A stretch of DNA of 27,722 nt from a virus (lineage: Duplodnaviria; Caudoviricetes): IMG/VR virus record IMGVR_UViG_3300020376_000009, positions 1 to 27,722 of that record; one strand, written 5' to 3'. Of this stretch, positions 26,287 to 27,722 are shown piece by piece. A program made the translations under genes and the position numbers. How positions within the stretch are numbered: the first letter of the stretch is position 1; every line of letters starts with the position of its first letter. Below the pieces are notes generated by a model, which ran no database searches, had not been told where the DNA came from, and saw nothing but the letters and a program-made list of their open reading frames with translations.

Positions 26287-26415
26287 TTAATTTCGGCAAG
26301 CTCTAAGGAACTCACTGATAATGATTCCTTGATTTATCAATGCAGCGATAAGGTCAAGTGGTAAGGGCTGGCCATTCATTGTTAGAAGGCAAGCTTGGGT
26401 CTGTTCAAATGTCAT
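26287..26415 (-). CDS. Small hypothetical protein (42 aa), below the ORF-track cutoff
   Basis: GGAG Shine-Dalgarno, then ATG 26415: MTFEQTQACLLTMNGQPLPLDLIAALINQGIIISEFLRACRN*. Fills the gap before ssb. Confidence 0.6.
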   Translation of the reverse strand: MTFEQTQACLLTMNGQPLPLDLIAALINQGIIISEFLRACRN

Positions 26416-26428
26416 GGTCTTTCTCCAT

Positions 26429-26456
26429 AAAAAAGCCCCCTGTTTTACGAGAGGGC
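26429..26456 (-). terminator. Putative intrinsic (early, TE-like) terminator downstream of the RNAP gene
   Basis: Minus strand reads GCCCTCT-CGTAAAAC-AGGGGGC-TTTTTT. Confidence 0.75.
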
Positions 26457-26475
26457 ATTAGCTGTTTAGCTGGTT

Positions 26476-26509
26476 ACGGTTTTCTTACCGTGATAGTGCA
26501 ACCTTTGCT
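26476..26509 (-). promoter_or_regulatory. Candidate phage RNAP promoter, middle copy 1 (34-bp repeat)
   Basis: Minus strand reads AGCAAAGGTTGCACTATCACGGTAAGAAAACCGT. It contains CACTAT as in the T7 promoter core and lies just downstream of the RNAP gene, like T7 phi1.1. Confidence 0.78.
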
Positions 26510-26546
26510 CTACCCCAGTAAGGACACCACTTCAGTACGGAAACTA

Positions 26547-27722
26547 TTAGGCAAAAGAATAACGTGATGATGCCGTAGCAGCTAGGTCCAGTGTGCCTTT
26601 ACTAGGCGGCAATGGAATCTCTTCACGGTTCTCCGGTTTCATCTGGGCATTCAACTCTAAGTAGAGTCCATGCACAATGTCACCTGCCTGATACATCTCA
26701 ACCATAGATTCTCTGATGATGTGCCAGAACTCATCAGTGTCCGCTGCATGTGTGGCGAATGAGTCATGAATAAGACTGAAGCTGTTTATACCCTGCTCAG
26801 ATTCTGCGGCCCTTGAGACTGTTAGCTGAAGGTGAGCAGCATCACAGCCATGAACCCAGTTAGGGGCCATTGCCTGTGCAGATTTGCGAGTGCATATCTG
26901 GTCAGTCGATTCCTTTAGCGTGAGGTAGACTAGGTTGCCATTGATGCTAGTCTTCACACGTCTGGGGTTGGTGTCGTAGTAACTTTGAACGACAGGGAAT
27001 CCAAGCGGTGTTGTCCAACGTACAGGCATGGCATGGTGAGAACCATCAGGCATCTGGAACTTTTCCTTTGCCACCTTACTCGCAGCATCAGTGAGCCAAT
27101 CCATAAGATGGGCTGGACGTTTGACTGAATCAACAACGGCATCCCAAAGCAACCTTGCAATGTAACTAGATGCACGGTATCCGTTGTCATAACTGAACGG
27201 GAAATCCTTACCTGTCTTGTTACAGTCACGCATTAATGGATGCATCACATCGCTCTGTATTTGCTCCTTGAATCCGTACTGCTTGGAGCCATACGAATAT
27301 GTCATGCAGCTACGTTTCGCATGGACCCTCCCGAAGCCATGCTTCAGCCACTCAAGTGCAAGCTCAGTATAATTTGGGACCCTCACACCCATGTTGTTGA
27401 GGATTGGAGCACCCCAATGTTCATGTGGTTGTTCGCTGTCCTTCCTTAGTTGCACCACCACTTTGTCAGCGACAATCTGGTAGAGGTCCATAGGCTTATC
27501 GACAGGTAGCAGGTTCACGTTCAGTGCTGTGCTGGCACATTGAGTAGCCATCGACAGGTGTTGAAGTCCACTCGCTGACCCATCAAGGGCGATAGGCAGG
27601 TGAGACACAAACGCATCACCCTGCTCAAGGAATCCTTTCCATTCCATAGCTGCTGCCATAAATTGCAAAGGCTTGTCAGCATCACACCACTGACGGTTCT
27701 CAAATGGATTCTCAACGCACTG
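26547..27722 (-). CDS. Single-subunit DNA-dependent RNA polymerase (T7 gp1-like), C-terminal part, runs off the right edge
   Basis: Motif A DGSASGLQH, motif B RVHAKRSCMTYSYGS, WTTPLGFPV, APNWVHGCDA, motif C IHDSF and C-terminal YSFA. The frame stays open to 27722. Confidence 0.97.
   Translation of the reverse strand, partial: QCVENPFENRQWCDADKPLQFMAAAMEWKGFLEQGDAFVSHLPIALDGSASGLQHLSMATQCASTALNVNLLPVDKPMDLYQIVADKVVVQLRKDSEQPHEHWGAPILNNMGVRVPNYTELALEWLKHGFGRVHAKRSCMTYSYGSKQYGFKEQIQSDVMHPLMRDCNKTGKDFPFSYDNGYRASSYIARLLWDAVVDSVKRPAHLMDWLTDAASKVAKEKFQMPDGSHHAMPVRWTTPLGFPVVQSYYDTNPRRVKTSINGNLVYLTLKESTDQICTRKSAQAMAPNWVHGCDAAHLQLTVSRAAESEQGINSFSLIHDSFATHAADTDEFWHIIRESMVEMYQAGDIVHGLYLELNAQMKPENREEIPLPPSKGTLDLAATASSRYSFA

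Noticed and set aside
2203-27449. All other plus-strand ORFs and the short off-frame minus-strand ORFs (e.g. 7303, 18902, 24118, 25817, 26954, 27521)
   Set aside because: They lie inside or opposite well-supported T7-like genes and have no recognisable motifs. The genome is unidirectional in this window.

Overview
The window is a 27.7-kb slice of a T7-like podovirus genome (Autographiviridae-type, probably marine or environmental). All real genes are on the minus strand. In transcription order (right to left) they are: C-terminal part of a single-subunit RNA polymerase; a 42-aa ORF missing from the ORF track; SSB; endonuclease I; amidase endolysin; small HTH protein; primase-helicase; family A DNA polymerase; gp5.7-like protein; two small ORFs; 5'-3' exonuclease; a nucleotide/phosphate cassette (DUF3310, thioredoxin-like protein, NrdA, inserted ORF, NrdB, PhoH); and the virion module (gp6.5/6.7-like, portal, scaffold, capsid, tail tubes A and B, gp13-16-like internal virion proteins, and a partial tail fibre also missing from the track). 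The most interesting signals are non-coding. (i) Three copies of a candidate phage-RNAP promoter, CAAAGGTTGCMCYATMASGGT, sit at module boundaries; the two middle-gene copies carry an extra ACGGT-N6-ACCGT inverted repeat and a downstream hairpin. (ii) A 176-nt capsid leader has mutually exclusive pairings. (iii) There are three intrinsic terminators. All product calls come from motifs recognised by eye and from synteny; no database searches were run.
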